A stretch of 63,692 bases of DNA, filler included, from Stramenopiles sp. TOSAG23-6 (Eukaryota): the NCBI GenBank assembly GCA_900128565.1. It is 27 parts of 27 records of this genome, joined end to end, with 100 filler letters (N's around TTAATTAATTAA, not from the genome) between each part and the next. Parts side by side here need not be neighbours in the genome. Positions count along the whole stretch, not along the records: positions 35,557 to 37,816 come from LT638174.1; positions 37,917 to 40,175 come from LT638175.1; positions 40,276 to 42,533 come from LT638176.1; positions 42,634 to 44,890 come from LT638177.1; positions 44,991 to 47,246 come from LT638178.1; positions 47,347 to 49,600 come from LT638179.1; positions 49,701 to 51,953 come from LT638180.1; 20 more parts are not named here. One strand, written 5' to 3'. A program made the position numbers and the translations under genes. Below, piece by piece: positions 37,790 to 50,175 of the stretch (positions within the stretch are counted from its first letter, which is position 1; each line of letters opens with the position of its first letter). The notes beneath the pieces are model-generated. The model did no database searches. It was not told the origin of the DNA and saw nothing but the letters and a program-made list of their open reading frames with translations.

Positions 37790-38963
37790 TTTTTTATTCT
37801 TTTTTTTTTTTTTTTTNNNNNNNNNNNNNNNNNNNNNNNNNNNNNNNNNNNNNNNNNNNNTTAATTAATTAANNNNNNNNNNNNNNNNNNNNNNNNNNNN
37901 NNNNNNNNNNNNNNNNTTTTTTTTTTTAATTTTTTTTTTTTTAATTTTTTTTTTTTTTTTATATGTTTTCATCATCATTTCATTGTCAAGATACATTTTT
38001 CAATTTTTTTTTTAATACGAAATTTCGTACCTAACAAATTTCAAATTTGTTATACTTTTCAACGATACATGGATATTGAAATATTAGCACAAGCAGCAAG
38101 GGTACATTTTCATCAAACATTTTCATCAAACATTAAAAAAAAAAAAAAATTTAGATTTTTTTTTTTTTTTTCAAATTTTTTTTTACTAGAAAAATTCATA
38201 CTAATTTTTTTTTTTTTTTTTAAATATATTTTCACAGTATATGTTGCAGATCCAAAAAAAGGCGGAGAATTACTCAGTCAATTACGTAAGCCTCCGTTAT
38301 TAAAAACAACCTCAAATAAAAAGAGTAAAAAAAATGGTATAGAAAAGCAAAACAAGTCAAGTACAAAAAATGGTATAGAAAAACAAAATAGACAAAATAA
38401 TAAGAGTACTAACCCTAACCCTAATGGTGATCGAAAACCCTAACCCTAATGATGTAGATGTTGAGGCACAAGCGGAAGATAATGTGAATTTACCATGGGG
38501 TAAAAAGGCACATGAATTATATTGAATAAAACAATTTAAATTTTTCTTATATTGAATCCTAACCCTAACCCTAATGATGTAGATATTGAGGCACAAGTTG
38601 AAGATAATGTGAATTTACCAATTTACCATGGGGTAAAACACCCACAAAACGCAGGAATTATATTGAATAAAACAATTTAAATTTTTCTTATATTGTACAA
38701 GTTTTATAATACATTATTTAAATATTTCCGTGTTGTGGGTGTTGACAGATACATTTTATTATTTATCGGGGATATTTTCGACATTTTTTTTTACAGATTT
38801 CGTGGAGAGCGGTTATAAAATTGTCGTTTTTCATTATAACCGTCGCTTTCGACTGTGTTTTTTCTCGCAAAGCAAAACTTTTTACTTTATTCACTGTACT
38901 ATAAAAGTAAAAGTATACTATTATACAAGAAACAAAACAAAAGCAACAACAAAGCATATAACA

Positions 38964-40175
38964 ATGAAAACATCATCATGTGTATTCGTTCTTTTGGTTA
39001 TACTTTATAACACAAGAGTTGTACATGCTATGGAAGACCAAGAAGAGAAAGCCCCCCCTAGTAGAACGTATTCATGAACTTCCTGAAGATGATTTAGTAC
39101 GGTATATTAAGTTTTTTGTACATTATCTAAGAGGAGCTTCAATTATTAATTACAACACGGCAGAACCGGCAAAACCGGCAGAACAAGCACAACAAGTACT
39201 AAGATTAGGCCCTGCCCGGGGTAATGGAATTCATACCATTATTGGTGCGACTAACGGAAAAAGTAAAGGAACTATGGTAGAACAAGTACTACAACCAGGG
39301 AACGTAAGGTCAAACTTCGGTTCCTATGTAAGTAATGCTGAATTAGCTCGTTTAGCTCCTGTTTCACGTAGGATGTACGAGGTGAGTAAACTTGAGCGCG
39401 CACATCAGATATCTATAATGGCGAAAGGACTAATTGAATCACTAGAAAATGTAAATGTAGATTTTAATTCTTTCAATAAAAAAAAAGAGGAGTCATCAAT
39501 CCAATGGCTACAACGTGTAGAAGGTATTCATCGTAAGTTATTGGAAAGACATGCTTTAACTGTATTGTATNATAATAATAATGGAATCAATTGGAAGCGT
39601 AATAAAAAATGGAAAACAGATCCAGATATTTGTAAATGGGAAGGAGTCAAGTGTAATAAAAAAGGAAGTGTTATTGAATTGGACTTGGAACGGAACCAAC
39701 TATCTGGTCCAATTCCAAGTGAAATTGGTCAACTCAAAAATCTTGAACTTTTGAATTTGCAACACAATAATCTAACTGGCCCAATTCCAAATGAAATTTC
39801 TCAACTAACAAAACTTAAAGACTTGAACTTGGGCTTCAACGATCTATCTGGCCCAATTATACAAATTTGTCAACTCATAAATCTCGAAGACTTGTACTTG
39901 TCTCACAACCAACTAACTGGTCCAATACCAACTGAAATTAATCAACTATCAAATCTGAAGAGATTATTCTTGTCTCACAACCAACTATCTGGTTCAATTC
40001 CAAGTGAATTTGGTCAACTATCACAACTCAAATGGTTGTATTTGAATGACAACAAACTATCTGGTTCAATTCCAACAGAAATTGGTCAACTAACAAATCT
40101 TGAAGATTTGTGGTTGAATAACAACAAACTATCTGGTCAAATTCCAACGGAAATTGGTCAACTAACAAAGCTCAT
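38964..40175 (+). CDS. Secreted plant-type LRR protein, 3'-partial, with a frameshift at the C7 run (~39052-39058)
   Basis: Signal peptide 'MKTSSCVFVLLVILYNTRVVHA'; LRR-NT 'ICKWEGVKC'; repeats 'LxLxxNQLSGPIPSEIGQLxxL'. Confidence 0.85.
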
Positions 40176-40392
40176 NNNNNNNNNNNNNNNNNNNNNNNNN
40201 NNNNNNNNNNNNNNNNNNNTTAATTAATTAANNNNNNNNNNNNNNNNNNNNNNNNNNNNNNNNNNNNNNNNNNNNTGAAAAAATATATATTTTTTTTTTT
40301 TTTTTAATATCAATCATTAGGTACAAATTTTCGTACGAAAAAAAAAATTCTGAAAAAAAATTCTGAAAAAAATAAAACATCATATAACATAC

Positions 40393-40807
40393 ATGTGTTA
40401 TTGAATAGTTCAAAACCAGGCACAGCGCGTGTAAATTTCTCTGCTTCTTTTATAGAGACGACGCCATTTTTATGATGATCTAAAGAAGCCCATAACTTAT
40501 TCAATTGTTTATCATTTGCGCAGAGTTCATCGAATTTTTTTTCATTTGGTTCTTTTGATTGTAATAAAAAAGTTCTGATTCGTTGTATTGATTTCGTTGT
40601 GTTGATGTTTGAACTTGAAGTGTTTTTGGTGTTTTTGGTGTTTGTAGTCTTTGTATTCTTTGTATCAACTGTTGGTTTTGTTGGTTTTGTTGGTTTTGTT
40701 GCTTTTGTGTCACTTAAATGTTTGTCATTTTCAGATTTTGTTTCATTTTCAGATGTTTTGAGTTTTGATACACCGTCGATACTTAACTCTTGATGAATAC
40801 TTGGCAT
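40393..40807 (-). CDS. EF-hand (calflagin-like) protein, first exon
   Basis: 'LWASLDHHKNGVVSIKE'; GTATGT donor at 40392. Confidence 0.5.
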
Positions 40808-42049
40808 TGGTATTGTTATACACTGGATAGTAGGGTTATGATTGTAGTTGTATTGGTATTGGTATATTTGTCAACAAGTATGTTTTTGTGAATCTTTGTT
40901 ATTATTGTAAAAGATAATGTAGTTATAGTTAGCTGATATATAGTATACTTTTTTTTGTTTTTTGGACGTTTCATACATTTTTTTTTCGAAACGTCCTCTT
41001 TCAAGACACGAAATCTTGAATAAAACTGTGAACAAACCTGCTTTGTCGACAAAATGATGTTACTTTTTCTTCCTTTTTCTTCTTCGGTTTTTTTTTTTCC
41101 GTTTTATTTTTTTTCGAAACTTTGTTCTCTCTCATCTTTTACATTTTTACAGTTTTACAGTTTTACAGTTTTACATTTTTACGTAATATCAAACAATTTC
41201 AATCATATATCAACTGATACATTGACACAGTGCTCAATACAGTTCTATCAACGATCCCAACGATCAACGAATAAAACACGATATATAGATATATATCGGA
41301 CAATATCAAGGCTATCAAGGTATTGAACTGTACATAGAACCCGATAGAACCTTAGTACGCCTCAGGTACTGTAGTACACACTGTAGACAGACGACAATTG
41401 ACTCGTTGCTCTTTGCTCGAATTATTGAAGCAAACTAAATATACGCCGTATTATTGACGATTATTGACAATTATTGAAGCAAACTCTCTGCGGATTCTTT
41501 GGATTCTTTGGATTCTTTGTCGCTTTTTGACCGTTTTTTTTGACTTATAACGTGTTTTCGTGTTTTCCTGACTTTTTTCTTGAAAAAAAAAAAAAAAATG
41601 TCACTACCAAACATTGAAAAAATTCAATGGAATCTTCATGACACAAAAGATAACAACAAGAACAAAATGGTACAATCAAATAATGACGATGTACGTTTGA
41701 ATCAAATGTTTATACATATTTTGAATTATTTTAAATAGTATGGAATTTTGTATAATTTTTTTTTTTTTTTTTTTATGAAATTTTCATAGTAAATTTTGTA
41801 CCTAACCAAAAAACCAAAAAAAAAAAAAAAAAAAAAATAAAATTTTTTTNNNNNNNNNNNNNNNNNNNNNNNNNNNNNNNNNNNNNNNNNNNNNNNNNNN
41901 NNNNNNNNNNNNNNNNNNNNNNNNNNNNNNNNNNNNNNNNNNNNNNNNNNNNNNNNNNNNNNNNNNNNNNNNNNNNNNNNNNNNNNNNNNNNNNNNNNNN
42001 NNNNNNNNNNNNNNNNNNNNNNNNNNNNNNNNNNNNNNNNNNNNNNNNN

Positions 42050-42533
42050 TTTTTTTTTTTTTTTTTTGAAATATTTTTCCAAAATTCATCAGCTCAATGA
42101 TTAAAAATATGATACAAACATCAAATGACATCGAAAGCCCTAACCCTAATGACCCTAACCCTAACGATCTTACTACAACAACAAATCCATTGTATATACA
42201 AAACTCCATACAAAAACAAAATATTGAAAAAAGTATGTTTTTTTTTTCATACGAAAATTTGATTTTAATTTTTCATCTACTTTTTTTTTTTTTTTTTTTT
42301 TTTTTTGAAATATTTTTCCAAAATTCATCAGCTCAATGATTAAAAATATGATACAAACATCAAATGACATCGAAAGCCCTAACCCTAATGACCCTAACCC
42401 TAACGATCTTACTACAACAACAAATCCATTGTATATACAAAACTCCATACAAAAACAAAATATTGAAAAAAGTATGTTTTTTTTTTCATACGAAAATTTG
42501 ATTTTAATTTTTCATCTACTTTTTTTTTTTTTT
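42050..42533 (+). repeat. Tandem 239-nt duplication of an acceptor-exon-donor unit
   Basis: Identical ORF starts at 42097 and 42336. Confidence 0.9.
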
Positions 42534-42633
42534 NNNNNNNNNNNNNNNNNNNNNNNNNNNNNNNNNNNNNNNNNNNNTTAATTAATTAANNNNNNNNNNN
42601 NNNNNNNNNNNNNNNNNNNNNNNNNNNNNNNNN

Positions 42634-43542
42634 TGCTTTTGCCTCTGCTTCTGCTTTTGCTTTTGCCTCTGCTTCTGCTTTTGCTTTTGCCTCGGCTTCT
42701 GCTTTTGCTTTTGCCTCTGCTTCTGCTTTTGCTTTTGCCTCTGCTTCTGCTTTTGCTTTTGCCTCGGCTTCTGCTTTTGCTTTTGCCTCTGCTTCTGCTT
42801 TTGCTTTTGCCTCTGCTTCTGCTTTTGCTTTTGCATCTGCTTCTGCTTTGGCTTTTGCTTTTGCTTCGGCTTCAGCTTTTGCTTTTGCTTTTGCTTCGGC
42901 TTCAGCTTTGGCTTTTGCTTCGGCTTCAGCTTTTGCTTTCGCCTCGGCTTCAGCTTTGGCTTTTGCCTCGGCTTCAGCTTTGGCTTTGGCATCTGCTTCA
43001 GCTTTAGCTTTTGCCTCGGCTTCAGCTTTTGCTTTTGCCTCGGCTTCAGCTTTTGCTTTTGCTTCGGCTTCAGCTTTGGCTTTTGCTTCGGCTTCAGCTT
43101 TGGCTTTTGCTTCGGCCTCAGCCTTTGCTTTCGCTTTAGCCGCTTCCCGTTTTTGGTGTTCCAAAAGTTTTTGTCTTCTTGCTTCTTCTTCCTTCTTCAT
43201 TGCTTCGGCTGCTTCGCGTTTTTTTCTTTCTCTATCTTGCGCGGCTTTACGTGCCTCACTGGCATGCTTCTTCATTTCCTCCAATTCAAGTTGTTGCGCA
43301 GATTTGGGTTTCATATCGTCAATATCATCAGCAATGTCAAAAAAGTCCTTGTTATTATCTTTATCTTCTTTGACTTTTTTTAACACCTCAGAATCGCTTT
43401 TTTTTTCTCCTTCATTTGAGGCATCTTTTTCTATTTTATTTCCATGATGGGGCTTTTTCTTCTTGTGGTGCTTCTTCTTTACGGGTGCTCCGAACATTGC
43501 AATTCCTCTGGAAACTGCACTTTCCTCTGTAGACTCCGACAT
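42634..43542 (-). CDS. Coiled-coil protein with (AEAEAKAK)n repeats, 3'-partial
   Basis: 24-nt tandem repeats in an ORF starting MSESTEES. Confidence 0.8.
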
Positions 43543-43795
43543 CTTGGAAAGTAAAGGTTATTTCAGAGTCTTGTTAATGACTACAAAACTAAAAAAACAG
43601 TTACGCAAAGCAAATGACTTGTAACTGAAAAAGATGGAGTTTGCGTTTTTTGCGTTTGCGATTTTTTCGTGTTCTCTCTTTTTTCGTTTTGAATCGAAAA
43701 TTTCGATGATTTGGTTTCAATTAGCCTAAATTCATCATCGAACTCGACCCGAGAAAAAGAAATCGAAATAGAGGGGATTGAAACAGATTGAAAAT

Positions 43796-44032
43796 ATGAG
43801 TGATAGTCAGTATGAGAATAATTTAGGCTACAAATTAGACATTGTTGATGAAGCCTGGGCTGCAGACATACTTTCCGATGACGAAATAGAGTTACCACCT
43901 GAGGCAGATCCAATACCCGACGAGAATGACATTGAACCAGCAGATACTAGTGATTTCAAAAAGAAAGAGGAAGAAAAATGGGCAGATCTTGCACTCGATA
44001 CATTTGAATACGATGGTGTGCAAGACTCTTGA
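43796..44032 (+). CDS. ANAPC13: Anaphase-promoting complex subunit 13
   Basis: 'LDIVDEAWAADILSDDEIELP...EEKWADLAL' matches the Apc13 signature. Confidence 0.8.
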   Translation: MSDSQYENNLGYKLDIVDEAWAADILSDDEIELPPEADPIPDENDIEPADTSDFKKKEEEKWADLALDTFEYDGVQDS

Positions 44033-44053
44033 TTATTATTGTAACATTTATTA

Positions 44054-44831
44054 TTATAAAAACTTCTCTTCCCATACTGGCATTTCAATTAAAGATGGAG
44101 TAATACCAGAACAAAAGATAGTTTGATTTTGTGACCTTACTTCTTCGTGCTGACACGTCGACACATCTCGAGGTGTTGTACCAGGGTGAGGACTCAGCAG
44201 AGGCCACGCCCCCGAACACACATGGAGACGGATTCTGTGCCCAGATTGCCAACGGTAAGCAGTACCGCTTAATTGTATTTCAACACGCATCATATGTTTT
44301 GGGAATTTTGGGAATTTTCCTTGACGATTTACGATGGTTGCACAATGATGGCAAGTGGTATCAAGCACTCGTCCTTCACTCAATCGAACACCAGCTTCAC
44401 ATACATTTGTACTCTTCCCTTTTGGATCAACATCGCATAGTCTGCACACGAAATCTGTATTTGGGAGAGAAGAATGGAGATACAGCACAACTCGGACATA
44501 GCCTATAACAACAACTGGTGAGAAAAGTTCTGAAGTACTAAAGATAATTACATCATTTCGATTCTCAACTATACTTTGATTAGCTTTCCCTGAAAACCAT
44601 TTATGGAAACTAGGTCCACCAGAATTAGGTGTTGGATCTAAAGCATTGTATACAAAATGATAGGAACATTTTTTTGTATTATTTTTTGTATTATTTTTTG
44701 TATTCCAAGTCAGAGAATTTTCAGACCCCAGAGAAAGCATCTTTTTTGTTGTACTAGCCACAGGTGGCCAGCAATTAAATGTCACCCACCGTTTGTCTCT
44801 CTTCTTATCCTCATTATCTTCAGTGGCTCCC
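44054..44831 (-). CDS. CocE/NonD-family hydrolase, C-terminal exon
   Basis: 'WPP', 'DPTPNSGG', 'VENRNDVIIFST', 'NTDFVCRLCDVDPKGKSTNV', 'GHRIRLHV'. Confidence 0.85.
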
Positions 44832-45029
44832 ATAAATTTTGGAAAAATATTTCAAAAAAAAACTAAAATTTGTTAGGTACAAAATTTCGTNNNNNNNNNN
44901 NNNNNNNNNNNNNNNNNNNNNNNNNNNNNNNNNNTTAATTAATTAANNNNNNNNNNNNNNNNNNNNNNNNNNNNNNNNNNNNNNNNNNNNAAAAAAAAAA
45001 AAAAAAAAAATTTAAAAAAAAAACATACA

Positions 45030-47246
45030 TAAATATGCATTTGCACGAGCAACACTACCTCCATAAGAAACATTCTCTATTGAAGATTCAAATAATTCGT
45101 CATTTTCATTAAACATTGCATTACTAATATATAAAAGTTCAGTCACCAAAGCTTCATCAAGTCCAAGTATTTTGGAAAAATATTTCAAAAAACAATTCGT
45201 TAGGTACCAAATTTCGTACGAAAAAAAAATCGAATTTGAAAAAAAATAAAAACATACAATTTCTACTGCATTAAATTTTGCTTCAATGTATTCTACTAAA
45301 ATATTTCTTGAATGAAGACGAAAACTCAGTCTCATCATAAATATTGGATCTTCTTTTGAAGTGTGTCTTTTATCACGACGTAAGACGACTGGGAATATAT
45401 TGTGAAAAATATTTTTTTTTTTTTTAAATTTTTTTTTGTTAGGTACAAAATTACCTACGAAAAAAAAATGTACAAAAAAAAAAGAAACGTACAAGGAGTT
45501 CCATTAATATAACTATCAATTTGAATATCTCCTAAATATGTTTCGAATCTTTGCCACATTGCTGATGCTGTGTATGAAGCAGCGACTTGCGTTATGCTCA
45601 TATACAAAATTTCATTTACATTTTTGGCAACAATTGAAACTCCACTGCATTTGTAGAAAAATATTTTTTTTTTTTTAGAAAAAATATTTTTTTGTTAGGT
45701 ACAAAATTTCCTACAAAAAAAAAAACATTTTTTTTCAAAAATTTTAAAAATTAAAAAAAAAAACCTACATTCCTTGAGAAGATGTAAATCCAATGTGTAC
45801 ATCACTTATATTGAAATCTTTTTCATTATTTTCATTATTTTCATTATTTTCATTATTTTCATTATTTTGATATGTATCACTTTGTATAGTATATAATTGT
45901 TTACCTTCTTCAATTTTTGGAAGTTTTGTTCGATGACTATCTCGAATATTTGAAACATTTTTAATTGTAAGTAGCACTGTAGGTCCATCCGTTGAAACAT
46001 CACAAGCAACGTGTCTACGTTTGTTATCAAATACAATATCAATATGATCTCCAAGTACATCCATTCGAACACGCCATTGATCTTTACTATTTGGGTCACT
46101 GTTCTCATGATTCTCATAATTGACAATATTCAATTTTATTTCTGGTATTTTTGTAGGTTGATCCCAACCAATAGATGCGCTTTCATTGGATTGTATACAT
46201 CGACAATTTGATGAACCTGATTGAGTATATAAAAATGTATACGATGAAATATTCAGTATTTTATACATTGGAATTGAAGTATCTTCATTTCCAACAACAA
46301 CCCGTCCAGGACTAACACGAATTCTTAATAATAAATAATCCTTATCTGTAGTATATTTTATATTTTTTGTATTTTTTGTATTTTTTGTATTTTTATGAAA
46401 TTCTGTACGAGGCAAACGAAGAAGAGAAATTGGAAATTCACCATCAATATCTATACGAAATGGCCCTGACCAATTTGTTGGAGGGTTTTGACCACAAATT
46501 TGTACTAATCGACGTCCAGCATGGTTATTCCAATGAAAAAATGATTCTTCACCAGACGCTAAACAAGCACAACTTCCCACACCAACACCATGAGCATGCT
46601 CATCTTGACTTGTAACAAATTGTCGAAAGTGTAATATATACCCTTCAATACATAAAGAAAAAATACGAAATCTCGGTCTAAATGTAATAATTTTTGTCAT
46701 TTGAAATGGAAATGGTGCATCCTCAATATCTACTGAAATTTCAGCAAGACGCGAAGGGAAGCGTGTTAAGCCTCTCCTTCTACTACATAATTGAAAAAAC
46801 CCAGAGTTTTCAAGGGAACGTAAATTTAAGATTGGACCCCATTTCCCCCCGCCCCATTTGACGACTAACTCTTGACGGTTTGAATGATACAAACAAATTC
46901 GAATTTTGTTATGTGAATTTGAATTTGTTTGTTGATTGTCAGGATTTTTTTGACTTTTTGGATTTTTTGGATTTTTTTGATTTTCTGGACTTTCTGGATT
47001 GTCAGTATACTCTGAGTTTTTTTGTATTTCGTGTATTTCAGGTGTAGTTTGAAAATGAGTAGTTGTACTGAAAATACTTTCCTTGGATGTACTTGTGATG
47101 GATTGTAATGCTTTTTTTTGCATTTGTTTTTTCTATAGACGTTTTATATTTTTGTATATTTTGTATATTTTTTGTATTTTTTGTATTTTGTATATTTTTA
47201 TTCATCATTCTTGTTTTTCTAGTTTTTTTTTCATATACACTATTTG
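45030..47246 (-). CDS. VPS13: VPS13-family lipid transfer protein, fragment; introns 45645-45768 (GT-AG), 45395-45492 (GT-AT), 45165-45257 (GT-TT)
   Basis: 'TKIITFRPRF', 'WSGPFRID', 'IGWDQP', 'DGPTVLLTI'; spliced 'GI|GVSIV...EILY...IQIDS...TP|FPVVL...EI|GLDE'. Confidence 0.85.
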
Positions 47247-47346
47247 NNNNNNNNNNNNNNNNNNNNNNNNNNNNNNNNNNNNNNNNNNNNTTAATTAATT
47301 AANNNNNNNNNNNNNNNNNNNNNNNNNNNNNNNNNNNNNNNNNNNN

Positions 47347-47379
<33 letters not shown>

Positions 47380-47442
47380 TACGAAATTTTGTACCTAACA
47401 ATTTTTTTAATTTTTTTTTGTACATATTTTCCTACAATACAT

Positions 47443-47949
47443 ACTTTTTCGGAATTTAAACGTGGAATGTCTTTTGTTGGTTTCAAACCAACATCAACAC
47501 AATTAAAAGATTTATTTTATTCATTTGATTTAGATGATAAAAATACAATTTTATTTTCTCAATTGATGATGCAAAGTGGTGTTGAACAATATGATGAAAT
47601 AAATGATACAAGAAATGAAAAAAATCAAGAAAATCAAAAAAATATTAAACCTTTTGATGAAACTGATTTTTTACCAAGTTACACAGAGACATTCAATTTG
47701 GGTAGAAAATTATATAATCAAATCATTGATGGAAATTTTTTCTCATGGTATGAAAATGTTGATAAAGGTGATGATATTATTAATTTCACAGATTTTTGTT
47801 GGGGTATTTCAGGGATTGGAATTCAACCAACTCCACCAAAAAATGTTCTTTATAATTTATTCATTTCTTTTGATTTAGATAAAGAGCAAACGATTACATA
47901 CTCAGAATTAGTGGATAATATACAAAATAAATATAAACCAGGTTTATAA
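47443..47949 (+). CDS. Multi-EF-hand protein, terminal exon
   Basis: 'TFSEFKRG', 'FDLDDKNTILFSQL', 'FDLDKEQTITYSEL'; preceded by a motif acceptor ending TACAATACAT. Confidence 0.7.
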   Translation, partial: TFSEFKRGMSFVGFKPTSTQLKDLFYSFDLDDKNTILFSQLMMQSGVEQYDEINDTRNEKNQENQKNIKPFDETDFLPSYTETFNLGRKLYNQIIDGNFFSWYENVDKGDDIINFTDFCWGISGIGIQPTPPKNVLYNLFISFDLDKEQTITYSELVDNIQNKYKPGL

Positions 47950-48049
47950 ATTGATATATACTCAGAAAAATCATAATAAATAAAGTTTACAATATGTTGC
48001 TACGAGGATTGTTTTACTAAATAACATTTTTCAATCTTCAATTGTCTTA

Positions 48050-48262
48050 CTATTTATTTTTAGTATTCTTTTTTGAGTTTTTTGAGTTTTTTGAGTTCGT
48101 ATAACAAAACTTCAATTTTTGTACAAATTCTTGACACTTTCTCCAATCACGATTATTTTCACCAAGACATTCTTCTAATTGTATAACTTCTTGATGACAA
48201 CCACTTTGTTTTACTGCGTGTTGGGCTACGGGGGTTTCCGTTCCCGTCGATCCACAAGGCAT
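48050..48262 (-). CDS. Twin CX9C mitochondrial protein (COA4-like)
   Basis: 'GCHQEVIQLEECLGENNRDWRKCQEFVQKLKFC'. Confidence 0.7.
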   Translation of the reverse strand: MPCGSTGTETPVAQHAVKQSGCHQEVIQLEECLGENNRDWRKCQEFVQKLKFCYTNSKNSKNSKKNTKNK

Positions 48263-48649
48263 TTTAGAACGTCTAAAAATACTCTTTGATCGATTTGCTT
48301 TACAATACAACTATAGCATTGATTCTTTTACCCTTTACGTATTGGTTAATAAATGCACTAATGCGTTGAAGTAGTAGAGTATATAATGTTATAATGTATG
48401 ATTATATCGTATATTACTACACAGCTGAACAATACTGGAAAAATATAATTAATAGAAAAAGAAAAAAGTCGTGAAAGAAAAGAGTCAATGATCACAACAG
48501 AAATCTCTGAATGTAAGCGGTTTAACCTAGGGTTAGGGTTTATTATAGTGATATAGTCGATCGATCATTGCTACACCACATGCGTCTAAAGTCTACGTAT
48601 AGAACTCTTTTTTTTTATATAAAGACGCGAATCGACTTTATATAAAGAG

Positions 48650-49077
48650 ATGGCTGCTCGTACAGCTTCTTTTAAACAGTGGGCTAGATTATCTCTAGAC
48701 AGACATCCATGGTGGGTTATGTCTGGTGTTATGACCGTTTTTGGTTTTGTTGTACCCGCGGTAAGTTATAATACTCATGCAATTGTGTTGTTGTCCTTTT
48801 CACTTTTCATTCTTCATATGTTTTCTATCAATTCAATTAAACTCACCAATAAAATCTGTACATCTACTTCTTTACAAAATAGTGTGTTCCCGCCATTAGA
48901 GAGTCGTTAGGTTATCCAACTTGGCAGTCAACTGGTGCCAGGACCATGCCAGGACAATGTTCTTATGGATCAGACCAAGTTTCAGCCTTACGCGTAGAGA
49001 CCGAGGGAATGGCAGCTATAGCCACTGCTTCTTTCGAAGAAGATATTTTAAATTCCAAACCACGCCGAACCCGATAA
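48650..49077 (+). CDS. Complex I accessory subunit NDUFA3/B9-like; conventional intron 48761-48882
   Basis: Spliced 'RHPWWVMSGVMTVFGFVVPA|CVPAIRESLGYPTWQ'; intron GTAAGT...AATAG, in frame. Confidence 0.6.
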
Positions 49078-49160
49078 ATCTATGTAATGAATACAATATT
49101 TGATAAAATGTTTCTGTTTTTATAATTATAACTTTATTTGCTCTTTAAAAAAAAAGGTCT

Positions 49161-49535
49161 TTACTTGTTTTGTACCATTTTTCTAACATTATCACTTATA
49201 CTTGTCGCCGGAAATAGAATATTCGGAAACTTTTTCGCAATCACAAGAAATTCTTCAGGTGAAATTTTGTTATCCCCATCTGAATCAGCTTGTTTCATTA
49301 TTGTTTGTGCTTTTCGTAAAACTGCGTTTCGATCAGGTGCCAAGTGATTCGCTTGAAGGATTTTCACAAGTTCATCTTCTGTGATAAATCCATTCTTATC
49401 ATCGTCATACATTTGAAAACAAATTCTTGCTTTCTTTTCCATATCTGCAGTAGCAAAATTAGATAATCCAAGCATAAACTCCTTTACGTCAATACTACCA
49501 CTTCCATCTCCATCAAATAATTCAAACAATCGTTC
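49161..49535 (-). CDS. Calcineurin B-like EF-hand protein, terminal exon
   Basis: Three EF hands: 'DGDGSGSIDVKEF', 'DDDKNGFITEDEL', 'DSDGDNKISPEEF'; acceptor TTCACAACACAT. Confidence 0.85.
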   Translation of the reverse strand, partial: ERLFELFDGDGSGSIDVKEFMLGLSNFATADMEKKARICFQMYDDDKNGFITEDELVKILQANHLAPDRNAVLRKAQTIMKQADSDGDNKISPEEFLVIAKKFPNILFPATSISDNVRKMVQNK

Positions 49536-50175
49536 ATGTGTTGTGAAAAAAAAATAGTTAAAAAAATCGTTAGGTACGAAATTTCGTATGAAAAAAAAAT
49601 NNNNNNNNNNNNNNNNNNNNNNNNNNNNNNNNNNNNNNNNNNNNTTAATTAATTAANNNNNNNNNNNNNNNNNNNNNNNNNNNNNNNNNNNNNNNNNNNN
49701 CTCCATCCTATTCTCCAACGTCTTCCACAATTCGTGTATGTTGTCTGTCAGGAGTATTAATCTTAACATCTAATGTCTTTGCATCGTCCAGATCATTTCT
49801 CCTAGTCGACATTGGACGTAAAAACTAACAGAGGGAAATACTAATGAACACAAAATATTATATCTACACTGCTTTACTGAAAGGTAAAAAAGAAAAGGAA
49901 GAACATGAAAAAGTCGTAACTGTCGCAATACCCCCATATGATAGATATCACCTTATACACGGTATAAAATACATGTGGCTTACGACTTATTTATTCTAAG
50001 TAAGTATTAGCTATTGCTCAAGTCTCAAAGAACAGATGACAATTAACATTTAGTTTTATAAAAGTTGCGTACCCAATGCCATAAATGAGGTGGATTTACA
50101 AATTTCTCGAAGAGTTGAACAGCTGTCCGTCGACTACTCTAAGTTAATCCGACATAATTATCGACTAGTCAAAAA

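Noticed and set aside
42050-42533. Tandem exon duplication or mutually exclusive exons
   Set aside because: Copies are identical, sit next to an N gap and homopolymers, and exon phases are incompatible; likely scaffold stutter.
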